A DNA stretch of 64,000 bases from positions 1-64,000 of the forward strand of contig JAAILG010000885.1 of NCBI GenBank assembly GCA_012026655.1, read 5' to 3'. Within the stretch, counting starts at the first letter, position 1; each line of letters starts with the position of its first letter. The notes under the pieces are model-generated. The model searched no databases and was not told the DNA's origin. It saw only the letters and a program-made list of their open reading frames with translations. Both the position numbers and the translations under genes were made by a program. This document shows positions 38,071 through 51,050 of the stretch, in pieces. Origin of the DNA: Hydrolagus affinis (Eukaryota).

Positions 38071-41000
38071 AATAGAAATGGGAATAAGACGGGTGAAGGT
38101 TTGTGTGGGGTGTAAACACCAGCAGGGATTTGGGCCAAATGGCCCTGTTTCTATGCATTTTTTACAAATGTAATTTTGTTATTGTTATGTAACTCTATGT
38201 AAAATATTAATTTGCCTAGTATCCATTCATTTGGCCTGGGTGACTATATGAAGCCAGCTTCCTACTTTTTCTACATTGGATCTAATATTGGGTCTAGAAT
38301 ACTGCATGTTTGAGTTTTAGGCTGACTCTTCAAACATCCACTCAGATGCTGATCTTATTTCAGATCTCCGTGAAGTCAAATTAAGGTACACAGTTAGTCA
38401 GATCAGCCAAGATCCGCTTCCAAGCAGAGATTCAGCAGGTGGCTGTGAGACCCATCCGGAACGCATGGAATCTTTTCACAAATCCCTGCATATTCGAGTC
38501 CATTATCCTGCTCAGATTGCAAGAAACATTACCAAAGGGAGAAACAAAAGCCATACAGGGCAGAACTATGTAAATGATACTTGTCATGTCAGGTGGTTTT
38601 CTAAATGTCATTAAAACCTCATAAGGTTTAACATCCATGTATTAAATGTATTGCATGCCTGTTATTTATTTCAGGAAAATTTCAGGACATTAAGACAAGC
38701 TGTTAGTGGTGCACAGAAGCTATGTTTTGGCTGTAATGCCCTCTGGCTCTACTGCCAGTCTCATCTCTCAGATCAGAGCCATAAGCCAGACTGATCTCGA
38801 ATACCAATCACCTAGCCCAGAACTAGTCCTTTGAGTTCTCTTTAGCATCCACTCCTTCTGCCAGTGTCCTCTTCAGCTGCTTGCTTTCCTTCTGAAGTTG
38901 ACAACAAAGACATCCTTAGGGTCTTCATTGATGTAAGCCAGCTCTTGATGTTGTTGCATGTTTTTTTTGTACCTTAAAGTTGCACTACTTTTATATTCAG
39001 CTAGCACAATATTTGCACAACACAAGTCAAAGAAAAAAAGTAAAGCATTTCATGTTGGGTTATACAGTATATTATACGATTATTTATACTACACTCCTTT
39101 TCCCAAAATTAAAAGACTCATCTTTACTTTATCTGCATAAAGAGGAAACCTGTAAACATCTTCACAATTTTAGTGACAAAGTCACTACTGTTTTTTTTCC
39201 ACCGATATTGGTTTGAACTGCCAATTTAAATATTAAATCATAGCTGTACAGGTTGGACGAGTGTAGAATTTCTATCATCTGCAAACTTTTGAACAGTTCC
39301 TGCCCTCTGTGATAGTAAGTTTTAAAAAGGGAAATCTCCAAAGAGCTAATTAGTTCTGGAATGGAGCACAAGGATGTTCAGAGCTGCACATATACTGGAT
39401 AACTAAAAGGACCTGGCCAAAGCTGACAGATATCAAAGACATGACTGTGCACTAGCAGTAACCTTAGGCTGCTCGCTGACAGGGACAATCAAAAGCTTAT
39501 AAACATGGTACTGAATGACAGCTACTACCACAGGATCTCTGAAGGGTATGAGACCTCTGCCAAATGAGCTAATCTCACAATTGACAGCTGCCTTAGGACA
39601 GAGACGGGCAGTCTGCACATCAGACAGAGCTTGTGCAAATAGATCAAATGGAGTGGAGAAAGGTTTATATTGAAATAAAGTGACACACAAGTCATTTTGA
39701 AACATCAAAATTCACATCCATCCTATGTTCTTATTACACATAAACTAGCATTTGGCTTGGAGTAACTTGCACCAGACAGTGACACAATGCTGATATTACA
39801 AGTAGAATAAGTGGTACTCAATCAGGTTATGTAGTCAGAACTCACTCCAACCAAATTGGCATTGATGCTATAACTGTACAATAAACAAGAACACGAAAGT
39901 TCCTTGACTTTTGCTTTTCTTTTTATTAGTTGGATTACTCTTTACTCCTATTCTCAATTGAAGTAATTTCTGCAGCATTCAGGTCTTACTTGGCTTCAGA
40001 CTGGTCATTGGATCATTTAGTACAAATTCCTATTCAGCAAGTGATTTCCATCCACCAATCTCCCCCCCCCACCCCCCCACCCCCCTTCCCTCCACCTTCA
40101 TATATTAGCCCTCATGAATGATGCAATTGTGGAGATGCATCTTTAGTATTTTGCTTCACTCACCATGTTGTACTCACCGTGTCATATCATTGTTGTCAAA
40201 GGCGCTTTGCCAGTGGGTTTATAGCAGTATGACTTTTCCCCTGTTTGCTTCGAATGGAGGGAAAGTTTCACCCAACAGATTCTGCTGTACAGAGGGAACT
40301 TTGTTCTTTATTTAGACAATGTTATATTTGATCTAAGAACATGTGATGCATTCAGTGGGTCTCATGTATAAAGATATTCCAATAGATTTCCACAAGGTTT
40401 CTATGAAGACATTTCTCAGTATACAAAGATTCAGCAGAGAGAATTTTTTTTAGAAATCACCATAAGCAGTGAATATAAAAAGTATAAAAATATTCAATAA
40501 CTAAGGACTTACAACTTTGACAAGAATAAAATGTGCTTCCTCCCAGAAAAGGGAAAAAAACAACTAAACATTTCATGATGTGTAAATATATAAAATTGAA
40601 ACAAAATAAAATTTACTGCAAATTACTGTTCATTTGTTACCCAGCCTGACATGTTGGTTTGGTGGATCTCTAATCTCATTTATTAACATCATAAAAGTCT
40701 AAGGTCTTCCAGACATAAATTTAATTTTATCCACTTCTACAGTGATTATTTCATCATGGTGCATATTATTAATCCAATAATATTAACAGTTGATTTTAGA
40801 AGTTATAATAAGGTAATTAAGGTGAACCAAAGTCTTACAGTCATTATTCATAATTAATGAACACCACCAACCTCATTAATTCCTTAACCCTTTCATTAAC
40901 ACAAGTTTGATTTAAATTTGACTGAGTTGCATTTAGACAGTTCAACTCACAGTAAAAATCCATCCCTGGCACGCTATCCTGAAATTGCCATTTAAAGAAA

Positions 41001-41636
41001 GTGTCCGTTCTTTGTCACCCTTTTACCACAGTATACACAAAGATAAAACAAAACCCGGTTTTAGAAATCATATTTTACATTCAGCAATTGGTAATATTAC
41101 AGGCAGGACTGTGTTGGCAGAAAAATAATGTGTATTCTATCTGGTCCCAATATTAACTGAAGTGATTTCTGTGTGTTTGACTACTCCTTATAGTCAGTTG
41201 AAGTATTGTACTAGAGAACACTTGATCAGAAAGCAAATGCTTTACCATGAACTGTCACGATCTTATTAAGTATAAAGAGCAACAAAATGCTGTGTATGGT
41301 GTGATAAATAACTCAAGGACAGAATGTTGCCTTATTATAACTTCATTTTCTGCCCTGTCTTCAAACCAAGTTCAGGCTTGAAAATCTCAACATCTGCAGA
41401 ATACTTTCCCTTTCCATCCTATCAATGATTCATTCATTCTCACCTGTGATGTGACTCTTGTTTTTTGATCACTCGTCACTGGAACTAATATTTACAAATT
41501 TGTATTTCTAACATTTTTTGGGGGCACCACGATCTGCTAAATTGGTGCTCCCATGGTCCATCAATATTTTCCTGATCTTCACGGTGGTAATTACCAAATC
41601 TTGGGTTGCATTTTTCACTCCAATGTGTCTGCACAG

Positions 41637-42315
41637 ACAACAACAACAGCAACAACAAAATTATATTTCTAGAGCACCTTTCACATCGGGAGGACGACCC
41701 AAGACATTGAAACTTCATGAAGCAGGATAATAATAATAATCCTAACATTTCAAGCAGCACCTTATCATGTTGTCCAAACATCTCAAAGCATTCATGGGAT
41801 TTACCCTGGAGTGTAGTGACTGCATACTTTTGTAGACAAATACAACGCCATATAATTTGTGAGCAGCCATATAATTTGTGTATGAGGGTTTCGGCAGCCT
41901 GAAGGATGAGGCAGTGGCGGAATCGGGCAATGTTGTGGAGATGAGGGAAGGCAGAGCCGGTCATGGCACAGATGTGGGGAAGAAAGGATGGTTGAAAATC
42001 GAACAAGATGCCCAGGTTCTTGACTGGCTTGATGAGATAGAGTGTCCATCCATGGATGTAGATGCTTCCAGGGCCTGAGGTGCTGAAGAGCGATCCAATC
42101 CGGAGGGCCTTGGTCTTGTTGAATTTCAACTGTAACTATGGCTCTCAATCCAGAACTTGATTTCTCACAGGCAGAACATCAGTGGTCCTGGGGTTGAGAT
42201 TGGAGGCACAAAAAAAAGTTGGGTGCCGACCGTGTAAATGTGAAAGTTAATGCCATGTCTGCAGATGATGTTACCAAGAGGGAGCATGTACAGGATGAAG
42301 AGGAACGGGCCGTGT
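41637..42315 (-). mobile_element. Cluster: L2 tail (41637-41710), SINE tail (41727-41835) and L2 RT-region fragment (41878-42315)
   Basis: The translation KFNKTKAL...VKNLGILFD...LHNIARFRHCL...AETLIH is L2 ORF2. Confidence 0.88.
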
Positions 42316-43546
42316 ACAAGTGTACATTATAATATAAATTGTATTCTATTGACATCACTGATCATAGGATGTAGGAAGTGCTGACCAGTGGCTGCTGATG
42401 ATTGTGTATCAGATTGTATATCAGATTGGCTTGTTTTCTATACACTCCCAGGTGCCACCTTACAGCAGACCAATATAACAAATTCTTCAGTTTTATTTCC
42501 TTACATACAAGGTAGTCAACAAGAGTTGTGGTCTAGGCCAGGGCACTGAAATCACTTAGTTTGATGCTGTAATGGGCAGTGGTAGATTTGATAGTCTGGC
42601 AGGCTGAGATCAAATAGTCCGAAGGGTGTTCTTCATCTCAATCTACCTAACAAAGATCACAATAGCTTAGTTAGACTGCCATGCACTTAGAGTCTCTCTG
42701 CAACCTCAAATCAAACCTTCAAAACTAGATTGTTAAGATTACATCCCTCCACAATTTTCATTCTTTCTCTCAGGAGTGTTTGTAAGTATAATGATATCTT
42801 GTAAAAAGCTCTGGAATGTTCCCCGGACACGCTCATTTAAAGTAATAAAACTCAATTTAATTTATTTTACTACCAGGTGGCAGAATGATTGGCTCCACTG
42901 GTTTTAATTTAGTTGCTATTGGTAAGGTACATGATCTCTCCTGCTGGTATTTATCTATACGCACAAATGAGATAACCATTTGCTATTTAGTGATTTATTG
43001 TTTCTATACAGGGTAGTCCAAATCTACTCATTTAACTGAGACAGAATCTTGTGAAGCAGCACTCAAATTCTGCTTCAGGATTTAAAATCAAAGTCAAGCT
43101 AGATTCCCGATATTAATAAATGGGGGGAAAAACCCATCTGGGATTAGATTTACTCTATTTATGCAACATTTCAGACTGCCAGAATTCAGCAAATTCTTAA
43201 ATACAGCCTTTTAAAAACAATCCTTGAATTTGTTACAGCATCTTTCACATAGGAAGGATGTTTCAAACCGCTTCACATTATTAACTGTAAAGTGTAGTGA
43301 TTCTGTGTAAGTTATTTTTAAAATGTCAGAAAATTGATTCAAAAATTAAAACCGAATTTTACAATTTGCCAAATCCTGGGCACTCTAAAATGCTGCATAA
43401 AAGGAGTAAATCTAGACCTGTGCAATTTCTCCCTCACAGCGGCAATTGTTTTCAAAGTGTGAAAAGGATTAATTCTAGGTGTGGAATTGGGGAGAGGGAT
43501 GGCTGTTCTTTAGGAATAGATGCAAATAAGCAGCTTCTCATAACAT

Positions 43547-43858
43547 ATAATAATAATAATAATCCTTGCATTTGATATAGCGCTTTTTACGTCTTCTAGA
43601 CGTCTCAAAGCACTTCACAAAATATATTGTGAAATTAATTAATTGTATATTTGTGGGTGAAATGCGGCCGCCAATTGCACACAGCAGTGTCCCATAAGCA
43701 GTCATGGATTGAATTGACCAATTTTTATTATTGTGTTTTTTTTTGGAGGGATTATTATTAGGCATGTAGAATAAGGAAACTTACCAAGGTCTCGCCCTGA
43801 CCTGCCTGGATTCAAATACAGGTCTCACACTTGCTCTAACCACTGAGCTATGACTTCC
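43547..43858 (-). mobile_element. Full-length young SINE
   Basis: Reverse complement of the tail, core and head (ctctaaccactgagcta). Confidence 0.92.
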
Positions 43859-43860
43859 AT

Positions 43861-44052
43861 GACTGATTGTGGGACACTGCCGTGCGCAATTTGGCTGCCG
43901 CGTTTCGCCCACAAATATACAGTCAATTCTCCTACTCTCCTTCATCCTGCCCCGACGCCTACCCCCTGCTCTTGTCCCTACCTGACTGTACAGCGCCTTG
44001 GAACATCCTCTCGACGTGAAACGCTCTATATAAATGTAAGTTTTGATTGATT
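43861..44052 (+). mobile_element. SINE-core/L2-tail chimeric insert
   Basis: SINE core runs to cagtcaattc, then switches to L2 3' UTR and tail. It is flanked by gagcta(t/cag)gacttccat direct repeats. Confidence 0.75.
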
Positions 44053-44104
44053 GAGCTACAGGACTTCCATTACTGTATTACTAGATGCTATTATTAGATG
44101 TTGT

Positions 44105-44453
44105 AATAATAATAATAATAATAATAATCCTTGCATTTGATATAGCGCTTTCCACATCTTATCAACGTCCCAAAGCGCTTCACAGAATGTACTGTAAAGT
44201 GAATTGACTTTATATATTTGTGGGCGAATCGCGGCAGCCAATTGCGCACAGCAGTGTCCCACACACAGTCGTGGATTGAATTGACCAATTTTATTATTGT
44301 GGTTTTTTTTGAGGGATTATTATTACGCGTGTGGAGTAAGGAAACTTGCCCAAGGTTTTGCCCTGACCTGCCTGGATTTGAACACAGATCTCCCCAGCTT
44401 GATCTCCCGAGCTTGCAACACAAGTGATCTAACCACTGAGCCACAGGAGCTCC
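44105..44453 (-). mobile_element. Full-length young SINE
   Basis: Long (aat)n tail and high identity to the 6655 copy, with a small duplication in the tRNA head. Confidence 0.95.
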
Positions 44454-44533
44454 ATGGTTATGAAACGGTGTACTTCATCTGCAATATGATATCACAGCCT
44501 TCCACAGGGTAAAGCAAGTTGAGTTTGCATATA

Positions 44534-44972
44534 CAGGTCGAGCGTCCAAAATCCGGAGTTCCGGAATCCAGAATGTTCTGGAATCCGGACTCTGGGACGA
44601 TTGGTGGCAGGGTCATCGGGAATCCGTAAAATGTTCCGGAATCCGGACACCCTGTCAAACCGTTTCTGCCGCCAGCTGGTTTCAGTGAAAAGAGAGGGAG
44701 GCTTACCATGCGTTGCGAAGAAGCGAGGACTGCAAGGCCTGCGAGGAGAAGAACTACAAAGTGACGTCCAAAAACCGGAAATATCGCAACCTGGGCTCAG
44801 GCATTTCCGGACTCGGGACGCTCTTCTGCTGTTCCAAAGTCCGGAAATACCTGAACCTGGGCTCGGGTGTTTCCGGACTTCGGACATCAGAAACACGTTT
44901 CAAAGTCTGGAAAAACACGAAAACCGGCTCAGCCTCAATCCCGAGGTCGCCGGATTCAGGACGCTCAACCTG
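44534..44972. mobile_element. Tc1/mariner (Tigger-like) MITE, 439 bp
   Basis: TA TSDs at 44532 and 44973, TIRs CAGGTCGAGCGTCC / GGACGCTCAACCTG, and many TCCGGA subterminal repeats. Confidence 0.92.
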
Positions 44973-47649
44973 TACTGGACTATGACAGTCAACATTGTTT
45001 CCATTCTTTGTTTCAAATTGCTCCTAAAAACCAAATACTTTGACTTTAACTATGGTCACCTCCCCCTCCTTCTTCGTCCGGCATCTGACCCCATATTTGT
45101 CAAGTGATCTGAGAATGTTATCCTGCGTGAAGAGCGACACATACAATGAAAGTTGCTGTTGTTGTTGATCATTTATTGGACTGACAAGTGCTATGACAAT
45201 TTACATTTATGTAGCACCCTTCACTCTGGGCTGTATCTTGTAGTGCCTGCCACTGAGAAAGCAAAACTTCAGCCACAAGTGGAGGTTTTACCTCTTACTT
45301 TTGGAAGTGGAAACAATTAGAATTTTTTGCATAGTGTTGTTACTGATCTGACACTACTTCACAAAACCATAGACAGTATAAAATTTACTTTTACATAAAT
45401 GTCTTGATAGATTCTTGTAATGAAATATAAAAGTGATTGTTTGTTTGATTAAATGATTCGTAGTACCAAAAGATTTCTGAGACTGTAGCTGGTATATCGT
45501 AAACATTGTCTCACTGGATTTTTGACAGAAGTTATTGAGAATATTAAGAAACAGATTGTCACAACATTTAAACATAAAAACAGGAGTAGGCCATTAAGCC
45601 TATTGCACCTCTTCCTCCATTAGGCCTAATGACAAGCCTTTGAATCCTTTTCCCAGTCATAAAATTAACCGTTAATTATGAAGATATTTTCCATAGTTCT
45701 TCAAAAAAATGCTTCTAAATAACAACAACAATAAAAATTACATTTATAAAGTACCTTTCACATCAGGAGGACATCCGAAGACTAAATTTAAGAATTTTCT
45801 ACAGTTCTGCACACTCCTAAATTTCGAGGTAAGATGGTCCCACAGCTTAAAGCAAGAAAAGGCAACTGGGTGATTATACAAGAGTACCATTTTTATTTTT
45901 CCTCTAAGGTTGAGCGTTTTCAAAATATAACGCTTACGTTCATGTCCAAGATTCAGACCCAAAATAGTATAATCCACCAGATGACCACAAGGTGGCGAAA
46001 CCTTCCTTTCATCACCACCATGTTTTTGATCGTCAGATTTTTTAAAACTCTGTAACCTAGAGAGAATGTGCTCAGTACTTTTTGATGAGTTTAATAGTTA
46101 TTTTGTGAAGGCTGGATCCGGTAAACTGCAGCAAATATAACTTGTCAAGCAATGTTTGATCCCCATTCTAAAAAGAGATCTCCGCAAAGTCTACAAGCGT
46201 AAGCTGATGGCCAGTCAATTGGGTGATGGCTAATTTTGGGACTTTGCTGTGTGCAAACTGTATGCAACTACTGTAAAGTGCTTTTGATACAATTCAATGT
46301 GATAACTGCTATAAAAATGCAAGTTCTTTTTTTCTGAGACAAGCACTCTGGGATACTATTTTGTGTGAGAGGTGCTATATAAATGCAAGTTATTGTTACA
46401 TATAAATGCAAGTTGTTGTTTCTAATCCAGAAGGCAACAGCCTACTTGTCACAGACAAGTATGTAAACAAGCAATATTTCTGTATTAATCAGGGATGCTT
46501 ATTTCCCCCAACTTTGACGGCTTATTTCCCCCACCTTTGACAAAGCCTGCATTTCCTGAACTGTGATATATCTGATTGATTCAATTGTAATGATATTAGT
46601 CGGATTATCTGGATGTACATTTATTGCCCTCAACTGCAATTAAAAGTCAATATTTTATACTAGCGGATGTAAAAATAATTACAAATGTACGCTTTTGATC
46701 ATTTTATGTTGTCTGTAGTCCTGGAAGAATCAACATTTTTTTTTAAAAGGCTGTATAATAATGGCATTGAACCAGATAATTCAATAGTGTTGCTGAAGAC
46801 CTTGAAACATTGACTAATGAAGTGGAAAGATCAGAATGCTACAACACATAAAATATTGCAGCTTGCCCTAGTCTTTTAGAAAGTGATGTGTTCTTTCACA
46901 AATAACAAGCTTTTAAAAACATGGAAATCGGTCATGTTATAGGCAAATATAAATATTCAACAGTATCAATTTTACCATCTTTCAATGGGTTAATTAACAC
47001 CTATGTATTAATTAACACATCATGGTCTATCGAGGGAGCTCATGATATTTAAGACACCAAGTATTCCCCAGATGTGCTGGAGGCAAAATCTCTGACAGAC
47101 TTCTCAATAGTAGAATCTGAGAAGCTGGCATTGGAGTTTCAGACTGTGGACTTTTTATAAGCAAAAAAAAGTCAGAGCAAAATAAGACATCAGGAAGCCC
47201 ATTAATACATGAACTGACATCTATTGAGTGGCAAGTGAAGTGTGCTAGGAGGGAAGGGGGAAGGGCAACACCAGCAGACCGTATTTGAAATATCATTTCA
47301 TCTCTAAATTCATCACCATATGATATGTGTGTTAATTAGCACGTTGTGACATCGCAAAGTTTACCTCACTGTCTCTGTGAGTAAAAGAGGGACGAAAATC
47401 AGGTGCAATTATTGCCATCACAGGACTTACACAGAGGAGAGGGCTGAACTGTGGAGAGCTGTGGTGGAATTTTTCTTTTCATATGAGAAGTGACTAACTA
47501 ACTGATGAGCATTGCCATCTCACTTCTGAAAGTGACACCATTTATACACTTGCAGAATATTCTGCTTTTTGGGGGGAAAAAACTGACTCTAACATTGTTT
47601 TGTTACTACAGTAGTATTTTTATTATGGATTATTATGAGTAGAAGACGC

Positions 47650-47965
47650 ATAAGATACCCTCCCATTATGTTCTCCCCATCCCCTGGCAGATTGAGTTCT
47701 GCCATTAAATTCACTCCATGGTCTCACTCTCACCTCACCGGACCTCTATGACCTCCTCTACTCAAACTCATCTGGCCATTCCCTTTGCTCGGACAACCCT
47801 GTCCCCCCTCTACACTCCTTTTCAATAGGTGGGTTTTTCAGCCACTTGGTCTCTGGAATCCTTCCCTCCCTTCCTCCCCTCTTTCAACATACACCTGAAA
47901 ACTGACCTCTGTGACAGTGCTTTCAGTCCCCTTTCCCTTCTTCACCCGCCTCAGTGCTGACCCTC
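47650..47965 (+). mobile_element. Old L2 3' fragment
   Basis: ctctggaatccttccc...ctgaaaactgacctctgtgacagtgctttc. Confidence 0.6.
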
Positions 47966-50162
47966 AGCTCCATTATACCAGCCAGCATCTCAAAAATCAT
48001 CTAATTTGAGATAAAATATTTCATGTGGAAATAATAATGCCACAGCCCCAGACTACTTGGTCGTAATCTGCATATTTTACATGACTGTTTATATTTGTGT
48101 TTTGATCTAATTGATCACAAAAAAGTGCTCAAATTTACTACTGTATCACAAACTTTACAGAGGTAAAACCTGCTCACCACTTTAGCTTTGCCATAGAGTA
48201 TACTTGCTGAAATATCACTGGTTATAGTTGGATATAAATATGAATTGTTATTCTGGAACCACTTGTTTTATGTACTTCAATACAGCTAGAAAATGGGGAT
48301 TTTTGAAGATTATATATTTTAAAATCTTAACAATAATTCCCCCAGAGCCTCCTTTGACATCATCACATAGTAATGACAGTCCCATACAACAAATCATGTT
48401 GGATAATGTTGCCTTTATTGTCTGTCAATGTTGTATTTATTTTTACTGTGCTCTGGGTTATTAACCTTAGCATAAAGCTATCTGTTATTAGAAAGTCAGG
48501 GGATATTTCATTGTAGAAATCAACAGCATTCTGTAATCCTGATATATATTTTCTATTAAAACTAGAAAAAAATGATCAATTACAAAAAGGATCAATTTAT
48601 GAAATTGACTTGTATGTGGAACAACCCAATTTTAAAATAAGCTCCATTAATTATGATATAAAAAAGGGCCAAATGCACTTCGGAATTTTTCCCTGGATCG
48701 GTTTAAGTGTTTGAGATAATTATGTATTTATATATAACTCAATTTACTGATCAGACCTTGTGAATCACCAGACCTCGACTATGGACATAAAATTAATTAA
48801 TCAATGGACTGATTTCTTGATTTTGATCAGTTTTAAAAGATCTTTTCTTACACCGTCTCATACAAGTAGAATTACGGCATGCCTGTGCACAGAATTAACT
48901 TTCAAAATAAAGCAGGGTTTCAAACTACAGAAGGAAAAATGCTTCTACATTCTCTACATATCTTACAGCTGAAGCTTGGAAGAAATCTGATAATGAACGA
49001 TATGAAAAAGGAAGAATAAATAAATAATTAGATACAAGAGAATAATAAAACCTCAGTACAATTGGCAAACTCACCAGTAAGTATGTATATTGTAATATTT
49101 TATTGTATTCAAGATTTCAGGATCTTTTCTCTCCCAAAGATTTTCAATATTATTTTTACTAATAATAATAATAATAATTCCCCCCCCCCACGCCCCCACC
49201 GCATTTTATATGCAGCCTTTGAAATCAGAATGTCTATAAAGAGTACCAACTGTTTATTTTGTAGGTGATTGCGGCAGCCGATTTGCACACAGCAATGTCC
49301 CAGAAACAGCATTAATGTGAATCACCAATTTTAACTAGGGTTGCTGGCCGGGACATTGGGATGGTGCAGTGTAAAGCAGAACACTGTATTACCACTAACT
49401 GTATTACCTGCCCTGCAATTTGTTGATACACATTTCACAGACCTGCAACTAGCATTGTATATAAAAATGTCATTTTGTAACCATTATAAGATAATAATCA
49501 CAAGAATGCTTTTGTACGAGTACAAATTTCAAGTACAAATAATCACACTTCTACACTGTATTAAAAATAGTCTACCCCACCGACAAATAAAATATGTTTT
49601 AGATAAGCGTATTTTGGGTTAGTTTCTTTCCAGTTGCAAGTTTGCAAGTTTTTAAAAAAAGATGAAACAGTTTTTCAGTTAATGAGTTTCTTTTGTCCCT
49701 TATGATTCAACTAGCCTTTGGCCATTTCTATCTTACCTGAGGCCTCCTGCAGCAAAACTTGATGCTTGAAGTCATATGTTAGCACTGCCCATCAAAATGC
49801 AATGAAGCCGACACCTTTACCTAAAGAACCTTTGTTGTTCCAGGTATGCTGGGGATAATTAAAAAGTACGCTCTGACTCTCACTTTGTAGAATACAAGCA
49901 CTGCAGAATACTATAATGCCAGGGTAGATAACATCAGACCCTTGAGAATGAAAGTGGCCCTGGGTGCTAAGAGGTGTATAAGATAGTTCTGCATACTAAT
50001 GACGTTGGAGTTCAATCACAGCTAAGGTGGAGCAAAGGGCACAATCACTGTGTGGGTGGCAGAATCAAACTTGTAGATGTGCAGCAGAAAAGTTGGAAAC
50101 AAAGAGAATAACAAAGAAGGCAACTTCAGCCAACTCTACTATCAAAGTGTGTTTATGTGCTT

Positions 50163-50397
50163 AACTCTGGAACTCCATCCCGCAGTAGCTCCACCTCACC
50201 CCCTCCCTGGCCTCCTTCAAATCCCGCCTCAAAACCATCCTCTTCGATGGTCCTATCTGTCACCTCAAATCCCCCACTTTCCCTCCACCCTCTCCATTCC
50301 CGACCCCAGCTCGGGTTTGAAACAATGACTGTCCAGCGCCTTGGGACATCCTCCTGACGTGAAAGACACAATGCAAATGTAATTTTGTGGTTGTCGT
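50163..50397 (+). mobile_element. L2 3' end
   Basis: ctctggaactccatccc...cagcgccttgggacatcctcctgacgtgaaag. Confidence 0.88.
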
Positions 50398-50907
50398 TTC
50401 TTTGTGTTTCTTTGAAAGAGAGCCCCAAATATCAGTACGCACTCCCAACAGACTTCCAGAACGAGATGGGCAGCTTTTATATCATTGCTTTGCAATGGAT
50501 TATTCAATGTAAAAAATCTAGACTACCTGCCTGGTTAACCATAACTAAGCACTGTACATGTTATTGTTTTTTAACTACAGCGATTATCGACTTCCCCGCT
50601 TGCTGAAGAAACTAAGGCCAACTGAGTGTCTCTCTATTCCCTGCCATCTTAGCTCAAACTCATTTTAGGATTAAACCTGTGAATTTACTGAACTGTGTGG
50701 CTCAGTTTCACATCATAGAATGCATTTATCAACTAAATTATCATGTGCTTTGGATACACTTTTTATCCCAATGAAGCAGAATAAGTTCCCAGGTTTGCTG
50801 AGCTTCAAGAAAGATTCTGGGGTTCCTGTTCAAAAAGATGCTTTCCAAATTGAACAGGTTATTTGCCAGCAGACAGTTTATTTTTAACCTTTATGGCAGG
50901 TGGATAA

Positions 50908-51050
50908 AAATAATAATAATCCTTGCATTTGATATAGCGCCTCATCACATTGTTGAGACATCTCAAAGCACTTCAAAGAATATATTGTAAAGTGAATTGA
51001 CTATAAATTTTGTGTCCAATAAACAGTCGTGAATTGAGTGACCAAACATT
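50908..51050 (-). mobile_element. Young SINE, 3' fragment
   Basis: (aat)n-ccttgcatttgatatagcgcc. Confidence 0.85.

Noticed and set aside
41485-42129. The longest ORF in the window (214 aa)
   Set aside because: It is a chance read-through of L2 ORF2, a SINE tail, an L2 tail and flanking DNA.
44458-45107. Four overlapping ORFs of up to 168 aa
   Set aside because: These are by-products of the GC-rich MITE; there is no DDE/D domain.
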